Source of the DNA: a bacterium
Lineage (GTDB): Bacteria; SAR324; NAC60-12
DNA length: 64,000 nucleotides
Assembly (NCBI GenBank): GCA_965209155.1
Contig: OZ242383.1
Location: 2,528,001 to 2,592,000, forward strand
Direction of reading: 5' to 3'
Shown: one piece after another, positions 51,995-62,367 of the stretch
How positions within the stretch are numbered: position 1 is the first letter of the stretch
Layout of the letters: each line of letters opens with the position of its first letter
Program-made: the position numbers and the translations under genes
The notes under the pieces: model-generated
Told to the model about the DNA's origin: nothing
What the model saw: the letters and a program-made list of their open reading frames with translations, nothing else
Databases searched by the model: none

Positions 51995-52147
51995 GATACC
52001 TCTATTCATCCGGAAAGGAGGGGTAAGTATTCAATCGTCCTTGGAATGGTATTTGGGTTGGATAGCAGGAAGATAAGTCCACCGAAGTAGTTTGTCAATC
52101 ACTTTCTGGCAAATCGCATTCAACTCACCTTGGACGGTTTTCTCTCA

Positions 52148-52846
52148 TCGCTCTCGCTCCGGACCGCAACGTCAACACCGCCACGGCTGCGGAAATCGTC
52201 TGGCTTTACGGGCTGCCCTTCCGGGTGACGGACGAATCGAGACCCTCCTCCGGGGTGGGCCTGATCGTCTGGGGAGGCGCCGAGTACGAGTATCCCCTCA
52301 CGCCACAGGTCCACTGGCGCGCCGGGGCCGACCTGCGCCGCCAGGAAAACCGCCGCCAGGAATTCAACCGCATGACCCTCTCCCTGCACACGGGTCCGCG
52401 TTGGATCCTCACGCGCCAATCGGAATTCAGCCTGCTCGCCAGTCGACGTCAACAATGGGCGGGCAACAAACCCGGCTACGTGGAAAACGGCCTGCGCCTC
52501 GAAAGCGCGCAGCGCTTCGGAACGCACCGAACGGCGCTCGCATCGTTTCACCCGTCCCCGTATCAGCCTCTCCGCCTCCTACGCCCTGCCCCTCGGTTTC
52601 AGCCTCGGCGCCACCACCACCGTCGCCCGCAGCTTCTACCAACCCGACTGGTCCTACCTCACCCGCGGACCCCAAAAGCGCAAGGACCTTTCACGCACCT
52701 ACCAGCTCTCCGTCTTCAACCGCGCCGTCACCCTCTTCGGATTCAGCCCCCAACTGATCCTCGTCCACGAAGAACGCACCTCCAATGCCCAGTACTACGA
52801 CTACCAACGCCTGCGCGCCGAACTGCGCATCCTCCGTCTGTTCTGA
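52148..52846 (+). pseudogene. Promoterless slam barrel fragment with a ~155-bp internal deletion
   Basis: Colinear with 41010-41863. The deletion at about 52525 lies between ACGCAC microhomologies. Confidence 0.85.
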
Positions 52847-53321
52847 TAAAACGTCGCGCCAGGGGTCAGGCTTGGAAGTTTGGAAAAATCTTTCGGGGTC
52901 ACAGTCACTGATCCTCCCTCGCAAAAACTGATTTTCCCAAACTACCAAGCCAGACCCCGAACCCGAAGAGAGGCACAAAGGCACAAAGGCACAAAGGCAC
53001 AAAGGGGGGAAGGCATACGGGATTCCTGTTCGATTTCCCTGGATTCCTGGTCTGGGCCAGGAATGACACAAAGGGGGAAGGCACGAAGAGAGGCACAGAG
53101 GCACAAAGGCACAAAGGGACAAAGGGACAAAGGGACAAAGGGAAGAGAGGAGTGGCGTGAAGGAACTGATAACTGATAACCGATAACTGATCACTGGCGC
53201 CGGATTCCCTCGTTAGCCTCTTCTGAGACAAAGCACGCCGCTTCCTGCTCGGGGGTCCGGCTTGGAAGTTGGGAATTGCCTGGCAACTCTTGAGATTCAA
53301 ATCTTTTAATGGAATTGAAAA

Positions 53322-53580
53322 ATGGCAGAAGCACCTGGGAAAAACTTTAGAAAGGGAATGACGATCATGGAATTGTCAATATGTTCCCTGATGACAAGAC
53401 TGCTGAAAAGTGGTTCATGGATCGGCGATTGCCGAAATGAGTGCCAAGCACCTTGATCGCTACGTCAAAGAATTTACTGGCAGGCAAAATCAAAGGGAGC
53501 TTGACACTCTGGATCAAATTTCTTCAATGGCTAAAGGTATGGAAGGGAAGCGATTGTAGTATAAAGAGTTAATTGCTTAA
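53322..53580 (+). pseudogene. IS1595 family transposase relic (N- and C-termini joined)
   Basis: MAEAPGKNFRKGMTIMEL../MFPDDKTAEKWF and KHLDRYVKEFTGRQN...GKRL*YKELIA. Confidence 0.7.
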
Positions 53581-53777
53581 AAATTATTTGGATCAAGTCC
53601 TAACTTTTTAATACATTCTCGTAAAGTCCCTTTTTTAAGGTCTTTATTTTGATGATCAGGAATAGACGCCAACATGTTTGTTTTTGGATTGTACCAAATT
53701 CTATGAGAACCTTTTTTCTTTTCTATTAATTCACAGCCATGCTGTTTCAACTTTTTGCTGACTTCTCGATATTTCAT
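53577..53777 (-). CDS. hicA: HicA family toxin
   Basis: MKYREVSKKLKQHGC...KGSHRIWYNP...IPDH..KDLKKGTL. Confidence 0.9.
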   Translation of the reverse strand: MKYREVSKKLKQHGCELIEKKKGSHRIWYNPKTNMLASIPDHQNKDLKKGTLRECIKKLGLDPNNF

Positions 53778-54042
53778 TAAATACGATCTCGGTTTGGAAT
53801 AATGGATTATTTCTTTGATTTATTGATTTTTTCAAATAAATATCCTCTGGTAATGCCCAACCTATTGACCTATATGCCTCTGAAATTGAATTAAAGGCAT
53901 CAATTACTCGCTCCCCTATTTCTGTATACGTATCGGCTTCTGTTATTAGTCCAGGTATCTCTTTACAGGTTATTGTAAATCCACCTTCTTCTTGAGGATC
54001 AAGAAAAAGGGTTAATCTATATGTCGGGTTTGTGATACTCAT
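53731..54042 (-). CDS. hicB: HicB family antitoxin (upstream of hicA)
   Basis: PQEEGGFTITCKEIPGLITEADT. Confidence 0.85.
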   Translation of the reverse strand: MSITNPTYRLTLFLDPQEEGGFTITCKEIPGLITEADTYTEIGERVIDAFNSISEAYRSIGWALPEDIYLKKSINQRNNPLFQTEIVFNEISRSQQKVETAWL

Positions 54043-54163
54043 ATTTTCCTTTTTTGCTTTTTGGTACTCTGAGGGTTTTTAAAATTTGATTGCTTAATCT
54101 TTGAATTTACTGAATTTGAATCTTAAATCAATTTATACAAATGTCAATTTGATATATGTAATT

Positions 54164-54725
54164 AATCTCATTAAACCACCAGCTCTGCTGGTGCGAACCT
54201 AATAGGCTTTGCCGGTCAGACATGAGAAACGTATCCGTGTCCGTTAGCCGTGCTCGTGCTCGTGAACGGTCAGTGAAATCGACGGCACATTTTGGTTAAC
54301 ATAGAAACAATGCGATGAAGTAACTGTTTTCCTTCGTCAAATAAAGAAGGCTGGATGATCTTCAACACGTTTAAAACATCGAGAATAGCAGCGCATTCAA
54401 TTGCGGAACCTCGAGCAAACGCATAGAATCGTTGCTTGTCAGGAAGGGAACTTTTTCCACAGCCTTCTGCGATATTGAGAGGAATCGACCATGAGGCCCT
54501 TTTCAGTTGGTCAACTAAGGCTGAGTATCCTTTTGGCAATGTTTCGATGACTTGGACAGATAACGCTAAAAATTCGATGGAACATTGGTATACATCGAGT
54601 TTATCATGATCTAACATGGCAGCCTTTTTCGTTCACGAGCACGAGCACGTCTTACGATGACGAACACGTTTTGCCCCCATCCTGGGGGCCTCTTCAAGCC
54701 ACCGGCTCTGCCGGTGGTGATGACT
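54164..54725. mobile_element. 562-bp IS200-like four-helix-bundle element (copy 5)
   Basis: Same ends and length as copy 1. Confidence 0.8.
54270..54617 (-). CDS. Four helix bundle protein
   Basis: Paralog of 1648-1995. Confidence 0.9.
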   Translation of the reverse strand: MLDHDKLDVYQCSIEFLALSVQVIETLPKGYSALVDQLKRASWSIPLNIAEGCGKSSLPDKQRFYAFARGSAIECAAILDVLNVLKIIQPSLFDEGKQLLHRIVSMLTKMCRRFH

Positions 54726-55017
54726 TATTAAATTTCAGATCGAGACACTACCAAATGTCAAGAATAATTTGAATATGCTGGGGTCGCTTATTAGAGGAAT
54801 TTCCAAGAAAAAAACACGTTTCCGGGAGGGGGGTCAGGCTTGTATTTTGGTATTTGGATACCGCCTCGAGTCATCCGGAAAGGGGGGGCAAGTATTCAAT
54901 CGTCCTTGGAATGGTATGCTTTTGGATTGGGTAGCGGGAAGGTAGTCAACCGAAGTAGTTTGTCAATCACCTTCTGGCAAATCACACTCAACTCACCTTG
55001 GACGGTTTTCTCTCAAA

Positions 55018-55261
55018 GCCCTCGCCCCGGACCGCAACGTCAACACCGCCACGGCTGCGGAAATCGTCTGGCTTTATGGGTTGCCCTTCCGGGGCAGTTA
55101 CGAATCGAGACCCTCCTCCGGGGTGGGGCTCATCGCCTGGGGTGGCGCCGAGTACGAGTATCCCCTCACGCCGCAGGCCCACTGGCTCGCCGGGGCCGAC
55201 CTGCGCCGGCAGGAACACCGCCGGCAGGAATTCAACCGCATGACGCTTTCGCTGCATACTG
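55018..55261 (+). pseudogene. Internal slam fragment
   Basis: ESRPSSGVGLIAWGGAEYEYPLTPQAHWLAGADLRRQEHRRQEFNRMTLSLHTG. Confidence 0.85.
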
Positions 55262-55421
55262 GATTCCGGGTCGCTTCCCTGGATTCCTGGTCAGAGCCAA
55301 GAATGACATAGAAACGGGGACCGAGTATTCAATTGTCTTTGGAATGGTAGGCTTTTGGACCGGATAGCGGAAAGGTAGTCGACTGAAAAAAGAAATAGTG
55401 TCTCAGTTAGAGATCTTCGGG

Positions 55422-55628
55422 TTATTGAGTGAAAAACCAGTTTTTTGCAATGTAAATTGTGAGGACTACCGTGCCTATATTGGTTATGACAAGGCTGACC
55501 AGATACTTGATCATTCCGGTTTCAAGGTTGGAAATTTCAGTTCTCAGATTTGAAATATCTTCTTTGGTTGCGAGTCTTTCGATGATGGTTTCGATTCGGG
55601 TTACCCGGCTTTCTATTGTCATGTCCAT
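55422..55628 (-). CDS. Small coiled-coil + TM protein (DUF1640-like)
   Basis: [41 protein letters not shown]. Confidence 0.75.
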   Translation of the reverse strand: MDMTIESRVTRIETIIERLATKEDISNLRTEISNLETGMIKYLVSLVITNIGTVVLTIYIAKNWFFTQ

Positions 55629-55799
55629 CGTTCCTCCTGAATTGTTTCAGGTCTTGGTTGCACACAATCAAGTTTTGCATAAAATTAAAAATATGAAAAG
55701 GGGCTCGAATATTCAATTGTCTTTGGAATGGTACGCTTTCGGACTTCACGCCGCAAATGCGAATCCTGCATTATTTTGCATTTGGGGCTTGACCCTACA

Positions 55800-56013
55800 T
55801 ATCTGTGATGTCGATGATTTTTGTCAAAGATTTCTACCTTATCGCCTCTTGTTGAGAAAACGCTTCATTATTGAAACCAACAACGACCCACTGAAAAATA
55901 TTTCACAAATTGAACATTTCAGACATCGCCGTGTCAAAAACTTTATGGCTGATATACTCGCTGGTTTCATGGCTTATACCTGGCAACCGAAAAAGCCAAC
56001 CCTAAGCAAATAA
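55800..56013 (+). pseudogene. IS982 family transposase relic (internally deleted)
   Basis: [10 protein letters not shown] is joined to [28 protein letters not shown]...AYTWQPKKP. Confidence 0.75.
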
Positions 56014-56260
56014 TATTGGCATTTATTCGCTTCAGAATCCTGCGTAAGAATGGAGTCCGTTCTTCAAGAGTGGGATTCTTTTCACCAGGTTTATTATCTA
56101 GATTTTCGATGTTAAAAGTCGCAATTCGTAACATATCTTCCATAGTCCTTTACGATTTTGGAGGGGGGCTCAGGCTTGTATATGGTATTAAGATACAAAT
56201 GGGGTCACTCATTAGAGGAATGTCCAGGTGCGACGCGGCACTTTATTCTTAAGTTCAATT

Positions 56261-56515
56261 TCAAGCAAGGACATGCCCTGTATTTCTCAAAATAATGGGT
56301 TGATCATTGACTTCTTGAATTGAGAAGATCTGATCTGAATAATTTTCTCGTCCATACCAATAAGCATCCGAGAAATTTGAGAAACATTGAATAATTTCTT
56401 TATTCTGGATTAATGCATATTCCCCAAAATTGGTTATCATCAAATTGGGAAGTTGTGTTTTGAAATATTCATAATTCTGATGTACTTCGTGATCCCTCCT
56501 CTTCCTCGTGTCCAT
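56261..56515 (-). CDS. DUF5678-like small protein
   Basis: EVHQNYEYFKTQLPNL...GEYALIQNKEII...FSIQEV. Confidence 0.65.
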   Translation of the reverse strand: MDTRKRRDHEVHQNYEYFKTQLPNLMITNFGEYALIQNKEIIQCFSNFSDAYWYGRENYSDQIFSIQEVNDQPIILRNTGHVLA

Positions 56516-56990
56516 GGTGTCCTCCTCATTTTACATTATTCTCCTTCCTCTTTAAAAAATGGCATATATTTTACCACATTGCGTCAATAAGGCATTTTTT
56601 GTGACATAATGGTGTCTAAATATATTGTAACTGTACTAAGGATTATTGTTCGTTAATCAGTTCTGCTCCAGCCTGATCAGTAGTCCGATCAGGTGCCCTG
56701 AGACCAAGTGGTTGAGTTCCTCAATATAACTCACCCCTAAGTCCCGTCTAGAATCTTGGCAATGAAATGGAATTCTCTATTGGTTACAAAATAATTCTAA
56801 ATAGTCAAGGTTTATTTTTATTTGCATTTCAGATTCAGTTTAAGACCAAAGCAACAAAATCTGCAGGGAGAGAGTCAGGCTTGTATTTTGGTATTTGGAT
56901 TCCGCTTCCCTCGTCTTGTCATTCCTGGCTCCGACCAGGAATCCAGGGTCTAATTCGATCACCTGGAAACACTCATTCGCGGGTAGTGGG

Positions 56991-57334
56991 TCAGTTTGGG
57001 GATTTGAAGGAAATAGACAGATGATTATTTGAGTATTTAAACTCTGAAAATTTTAAAAAATTCATTCCTGTTATGATATCGAAATCTAGTTTCAAACCCT
57101 TAGATGATAGGGAACAAACATCGACATCAATAAAACTATATTTTGTGTGACTTTCTGGATAGCAAATCCAAATAGAAAACATATTTGCAATGGTGGTTCC
57201 CGCAGTTCCAGCAATTTCAATTTTTCCTTTTGAAATTAGATTCAATTTTTCAGAGAGTTCTTCAGTAATACCTGAAATAGTGACTCCCGTGTCAATTAAA
57301 GCGCGGGCAACGGCTCAATTTTAAAAGATTGCAT
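56991..57334 (-). pseudogene. Retropepsin-like aspartyl protease with a frameshifted/deleted 5' end
   Basis: RALIDTGVTISGI...DFDIITGMNFL. The upstream ATG overlapping the partner gene is in another frame and stops early. Confidence 0.7.
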
Positions 57335-57578
57335 AATCTAAAATCCCAAAACTTATTTTTCGTTTTGTAACTTCTTGTATTGAAAATACACCATCCGGAT
57401 ATTTTTTCTTCCCTGCCACTAAAGCATCTCCAGATTTATCAAAGTACCCCTTTATTTCTTGATTTTTAATTAGAGCAAATTTTCCTTCATGGTCAGTTAT
57501 TATTTCATTGAGTTTTGATTTGAAGAATTCAAAATTATCATCAACTTCTTTTTGAATCCTGTTTTTATCCATTTCCAT
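57321..57578 (-). CDS. DUF5678-like small protein
   Basis: EVDDNFEFFKSKL...HEGKFALIKNQEI...GVFSIQEV. Confidence 0.7.
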   Translation of the reverse strand: MEMDKNRIQKEVDDNFEFFKSKLNEIITDHEGKFALIKNQEIKGYFDKSGDALVAGKKKYPDGVFSIQEVTKRKISFGILDYAIF

Positions 57579-58493
57579 AGTCACTCCTCTACTTATTTGG
57601 ATATTATAAACATGCGTTTGTATCCCATAGTACCTATTCAATAAGTTTCATTACATCAAATTTTGTTCTTTTCGGGGTCAGGCTTGTATATTGGTATTCA
57701 GACACTCGCCTCGAGTCATCCCGCTACCCTCGTTCCACTCTTCTGATACAAAAAACCCGCTTCCTGGTCTGTGCCAGGAATGACACAAGGGGGGAAGGCA
57801 CAAAGGCACGAAGAGAGGCACAAAGGCACAAAGGAAGAGAGGCACAAAGGAAGAGAGGCACAGAGGCACAAAGGCACAGAGGCACAAAGGCACAGAGGCA
57901 CAAAGGGTCAAAGGCACAAAGGGGGGAAGGCATACTGGATTCCTGCGCACTACTCCCCGCTCCCTGCTTTCGCAGGGACAAGTTTAGCGGGGACAAGCTT
58001 CGCGGGAATGACATAGAAAAGGGAGACTATCCAGCTCGTAGTTTGAATTTTCCTTATTGGTTTATTTTTTTTATTTTTTTTATTTTTTTGTTGTGGCAAA
58101 ATTATTTTCAGATTGCAAAATGACCCGGTGCTGTAAAAACACTGTTTCTCAATCACCTGTATATTCTGTTGAAATGGATATTCCGATAAGAGCATTGAAT
58201 ATCAGAATTTCCAATAGTAAGGAGACTGAAACGGGATTCGATCTTGCCTATTATGAATAACCATCATACGTCCAGTCTTTCGATCACCCGTCTTCTATTC
58301 CTGCATCCTATTGATTAAACCTGGCCTGTTTCTGAGTCAAAATGGGACAAATTGTAGACAAAGGGGGCAAAATGAAAAAAATTGCGGAATTTATCAGAGA
58401 TGGAATTAAATTGGAGATAATATCAGAAGAAGAAAGAAAGGAGATTGCTCTAAAAGGTGCTGATGCGAGATTTGCTATTCAATGAGAAATTGA

Positions 58494-58877
58494 ATGAATC
58501 CCGATAAAAAAGAAGGAATTTTGAGTATATCGGAGGACGATAGCTTACTCTTCACAATTTTATTTTTCATTTTATTCACTATATTTGTGTTAATGGGGCT
58601 TTCTTCATCAAAGACAAACCTCATGCAATACTTAAAAGAACTAGGACAATATGGCGCATCGAGTGCGTTTTTGTCATTTTATTTCATTGTTTTCAAGGGA
58701 TTTATTATGTCTATCAAAGAGCTTATACAAAAACCTTTCCGGGATAAGCTTATAGAAAAAGGAAGGGTAGAAGGAAGGGTAGAATTATTGCGAGAACTCA
58801 AAGATGATGGAGTGCCCATTCCACCTAAATATGATAACCAACCAACAAAAAAAGATGAGTCTGGGGGTCAGGCTTGA
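58494..58877 (+). CDS. Hypothetical membrane protein
   Basis: Two hydrophobic segments and EKGRVEGRVE. The stop lies in a GGGGTCAGGCTTG half-element. Confidence 0.55.
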   Translation: MNPDKKEGILSISEDDSLLFTILFFILFTIFVLMGLSSSKTNLMQYLKELGQYGASSAFLSFYFIVFKGFIMSIKELIQKPFRDKLIEKGRVEGRVELLRELKDDGVPIPPKYDNQPTKKDESGGQA

Positions 58878-59650
58878 GAGTTTGGAAAATCAGCGTTGTT
58901 TTCTCTAAATCGATTTCACATTCCGTAAGTAGCCGCTTGTCTGACTGATCCATGGGAGAGAGTCAGGCTTGTATTTTGGTATTTGGATACCGCTTCCCTC
59001 GTCATGTCATTCCTGGCTTGACCAGGAATCCAGGGTTGTTTACGATTCCCTCGTTAGCCTCTTCTGAGACAAAGCACGCCACTTCCCTCGTTTTGTCATT
59101 CCTGGCATAGTCCCTCGTCATGTCATTCCTGTTCGATTTCTCTGGATTCCTGTATGGGGGTCAGGCTTGGAAGTTTGGAAAAATCTTTCGGGTTCACAGT
59201 CATCGATCATCCCTCGCAAAAACTGATTATTCCAAACTTCCAAGCCTGACCCCGAACCAAAGGCGAGAAGAGAGGCACAAAGGCACAAAGGCACAAAGGC
59301 ACAAAGGCACAAAGGCGAGAAGAGAGGCACAAAGGCACAAAGGCACAAAGGAAGAGAGGCATACGGGATTCCTGGTCGCTTCCCTGGATTCCTGGTCTGG
59401 GCCAGGAATGACACAATACGGGATTCCGGGTCCTTCCTGATTTAGCCCCTCGCCTTGTTATTAAAGCGCAGACCGTCGTCTTGTCCTTCCTGGTTTAGTC
59501 CCTTGCCGTGTCATTCCTGCGAACGCAGGAATCCAGGGTTGTTTACGATTCCCTCGTTAGCCTCTTCTGAGCCCAATCACGTCCCTTCCCTGTCCCTGAC
59601 AAGTGGCTCGATACCTGTACGGGACGTGTCTTTAGCGATCCCTCAATGCT
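58860..59650. repeat. Composite repeat tract including a 97-bp GGGGTCAG element (59157-59253)
   Basis: Palindromes and octamers are directly visible. Confidence 0.85.
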
Positions 59651-59947
59651 CCATGTGGATCTCATAGTCTCCTTGAAAGAAGCCTGTCTAACGGGTGCAA
59701 GGAATGGGAGTCGATCAAAGAAAAGACGATACGCAACTAATTTGAGTAAGAAAGATCACTGGATAGCTGTTTGCAGGAGAGCCAATCGAAGCAAAAGCGC
59801 AAAGGCAAGTTGTTCAAAAATTACTTGACAAATAATTAATAGTCATGCATTGTAGAGACTGTCCTGCCTTTTCCACTCAAACAATACGATACGTGAATGG
59901 TTCATTTTGAACCCTTATGCCCGAACTGGAATATTTCGGAGTATCTT

Positions 59948-60196
59948 ATGGAAATTACAATAGAAACGATTTATCACATGATTCAAGACATGGATCAACG
60001 ATTGAATGGAAAAATTGATGCCCTTTCAAAAGACCATGCTCAATTGTCAAAATCGGTAGCTCGATTAGAAGAAAGAGTGGATGGTGATATAAAAAGTATC
60101 AACAACCGTTTTTGGTACCTGAATTGGCTTTTTGCAGCAGTCATCGTTTTTATGATGGGTGCTGTCGGGAAGCTATTATTATTTCCGGGAACGTAA
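59948..60196 (+). CDS. Small coiled-coil + TM protein
   Basis: LSKDHAQLSKSVARLE...YLNWLFAAVIVFMMGAVG; paralog of 35680-35970. Confidence 0.7.
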   Translation: MEITIETIYHMIQDMDQRLNGKIDALSKDHAQLSKSVARLEERVDGDIKSINNRFWYLNWLFAAVIVFMMGAVGKLLLFPGT

Positions 60197-60398
60197 AAAG
60201 AATGAGGAGAGGGTCAGGCATGTATATTGGTATTCAGACACTCGCCTCGAGTCATCCCGCTACCCTCGTTCCCCTTTCTTGGGAATGCTGCGCTTTCGGA
60301 ATCTTTGCAAGATGACAAACTATAAAATATCTTGACAACTCAAACAATTCCACTAAAGTTATTTTGCAAAAAAAAACGAATTACGGGAGAGGGTGAAA

Positions 60399-60659
60399 AT
60401 GAGCGAAGAAACTCTAAGAGAATTGCAAAGTCCCAAATCACTTATCCTGGAAATCATCGAGCGATTGACGAAAGCAGAGACTCGACTGGTAAGTATTGAG
60501 ACTCAATTAGAAAGTAAGGTCAACAAATCGGATCTCGCTGTCCTCCGGCAAGAAATGAAAACCGATTTTAAGGACATAGAATCCAAACAACTCAAGTGGC
60601 TCATTGGGACAATCCTGGCCTGTTTCGTTGTGCTTGGCGCCTTTCTCAAGTATTTCTGA
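60399..60659 (+). CDS. Small coiled-coil + TM protein
   Basis: Duplicate of 48713-48973. Confidence 0.75.
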   Translation: MSEETLRELQSPKSLILEIIERLTKAETRLVSIETQLESKVNKSDLAVLRQEMKTDFKDIESKQLKWLIGTILACFVVLGAFLKYF

Positions 60660-60973
60660 GGAGGGGGGGCAGGCTTGTATATTGGTATTTGGATACCGCT
60701 TCCCTCGTCTTGTCATTCCTGGCTCCGACCAGGAATCCAGGGTTGTTTACGATTCCCTCGTTCCCCTCTTCTGATACAAAAACCCCGTTCCCTGTCTGCG
60801 ACTCCACCCGTTTTGGATTTATTAAGAGAATGACCTGACATCGGTTAAGTGGAGCTGTCGTATAATTAATCTCATTAAACCACCAGCTCTGCTGGTGCGA
60901 ACCTAATAGGCTTTGCCGGTCAGACATGAGAAACGTATCCGTGTCCGTTAGCCGTGCTCGTGCTCGTGAACGG

Positions 60974-61321
60974 TCAGTGAATTCGACGGCACATTTTGGT
61001 TAACATAGAAACAATGCGATGAAGTAACTGTTTCCCTTCGTCAAATAAAGGAGGCTGGATGATCTTCAACACGTTTAAAACATCGAGAATAGCAGCGCAT
61101 TCCATTGCGGAACCTCGGGCCAATGCATAGAATCGTTGCTTGTCAGGAAAGGAATTTTGTCCACAGCCTTCTGCGATATTGAGAGGAATCGACCATGAGG
61201 CCCTTTTCAGTTGGTCAACTAAGGCTGAGTATCCTTTTGGCAACGTTTCGATGACTTGGACAGATAACGCTAAAAATTCGATGGAACATTGGTATACATC
61301 GAGTTTTTCATGATCTAACAT
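60974..61321 (-). CDS. Four helix bundle protein
   Basis: Paralog of 1648-1995. Confidence 0.9.
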   Translation of the reverse strand: MLDHEKLDVYQCSIEFLALSVQVIETLPKGYSALVDQLKRASWSIPLNIAEGCGQNSFPDKQRFYALARGSAMECAAILDVLNVLKIIQPPLFDEGKQLLHRIVSMLTKMCRRIH

Positions 61322-61496
61322 GGCAGCCTTTTTCGTTCACGAGCACGAGCACGTCTTACGATGACGAACACGTTTTGCCCCCATCCTGGGGGCCGCTTCA
61401 AGCCACCAGCTCTGCTGGTGCGAACCTAATAGGCTTTGCCGGTCAGACATGAGAAACGTAACCGTGTCCGTGAGCCGTGCTCGTGCTCGTGAACGG

Positions 61497-61844
61497 TCAG
61501 TGAATTCGACGGCACATTTTGGTTAACATAGAAACAATGCGATGAAGTAACTGTTTCCCTTCGTCAAATAAAGGAGGCTGGATGATCTTCAACACGTTTA
61601 AAACATCGAGAATAGCAGCGCATTCCATTGCGGAACCTCGGGCCAATGCATAGAATCGTTGCTTGTCAGGAAAGGAATTTTTTCCACAGCCTTCTGCGAT
61701 ATTGAGAGGAATCGACCATGAGGCCCTTTTCAGTTGGTCAACTAAGGCTGAGTATCCTTTTGGCAATGTTTCGATGACTTGGACAGATAACGCTAAAAAT
61801 TCGATGGAACATTGGTAGACATCGAGTTTTTCATGATCTAACAT
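61497..61844 (-). CDS. Four helix bundle protein
   Basis: Paralog of 1648-1995. Confidence 0.9.
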   Translation of the reverse strand: MLDHEKLDVYQCSIEFLALSVQVIETLPKGYSALVDQLKRASWSIPLNIAEGCGKNSFPDKQRFYALARGSAMECAAILDVLNVLKIIQPPLFDEGKQLLHRIVSMLTKMCRRIH

Positions 61845-62133
61845 GGCAGCCTTTTTCGTTCACGAGCACGAGCACGTCTTACGATGACGAACACGTTTTG
61901 CCCCCATCCTGGGGGCCTCTTCAAGCCACCAGCTCTGCCAGTGGTGATGACTTTTAAGCAGGCAACCCTTGAAGCAAACCACTTTCAAATACATCGGATA
62001 TGGTTAAAAAATTATTGACTTATCAAACTTTAGTGGTTGAACTTTTTAAAAAAGAGTCCTTGACGAAGCTTTGAAAATACGAGACCATGAAATATCAAGT
62101 GAGACAGGATACAGTCCTTCAAAATTCAGAAGA

Positions 62134-62367
62134 ATGATGGAACCCGCAACAAAAGAGGATGTACTCCATTTAGAAAAATTAATGGACGCTCGATTTGAAA
62201 ATGTCGCAACAAAGCAAGAAGTTGCGAAAATTGCTCAAGATGTTGCAGTCATTAAAAGTATAATGGAGAACGAAAAATCGAATCGGAGGTGGTTGGTAGG
62301 GACTTCGATTGGAGCAGCAACGGTTATCGGTTCGATTTTAGGAGCATTCATTAAATTTATTCCTTGA
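62134..62367 (+). CDS. Small coiled-coil + TM protein (Bdr/DUF1640-like)
   Basis: ATKEDV...ATKQEV...RWLVGTSIGAATVIGSILGAFIKF. Confidence 0.7.
   Translation: MMEPATKEDVLHLEKLMDARFENVATKQEVAKIAQDVAVIKSIMENEKSNRRWLVGTSIGAATVIGSILGAFIKFIP

Larger units (their letters stand above)
60868..61952. mobile_element. Tandem dimer (copies 6 and 7) of the four-helix-bundle element sharing a hybrid hairpin
   Basis: Junction TTCAAGCCACCAGCTCTGCTGGTGCGAACC at about 61397-61426; period 523 bp. Confidence 0.85.
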
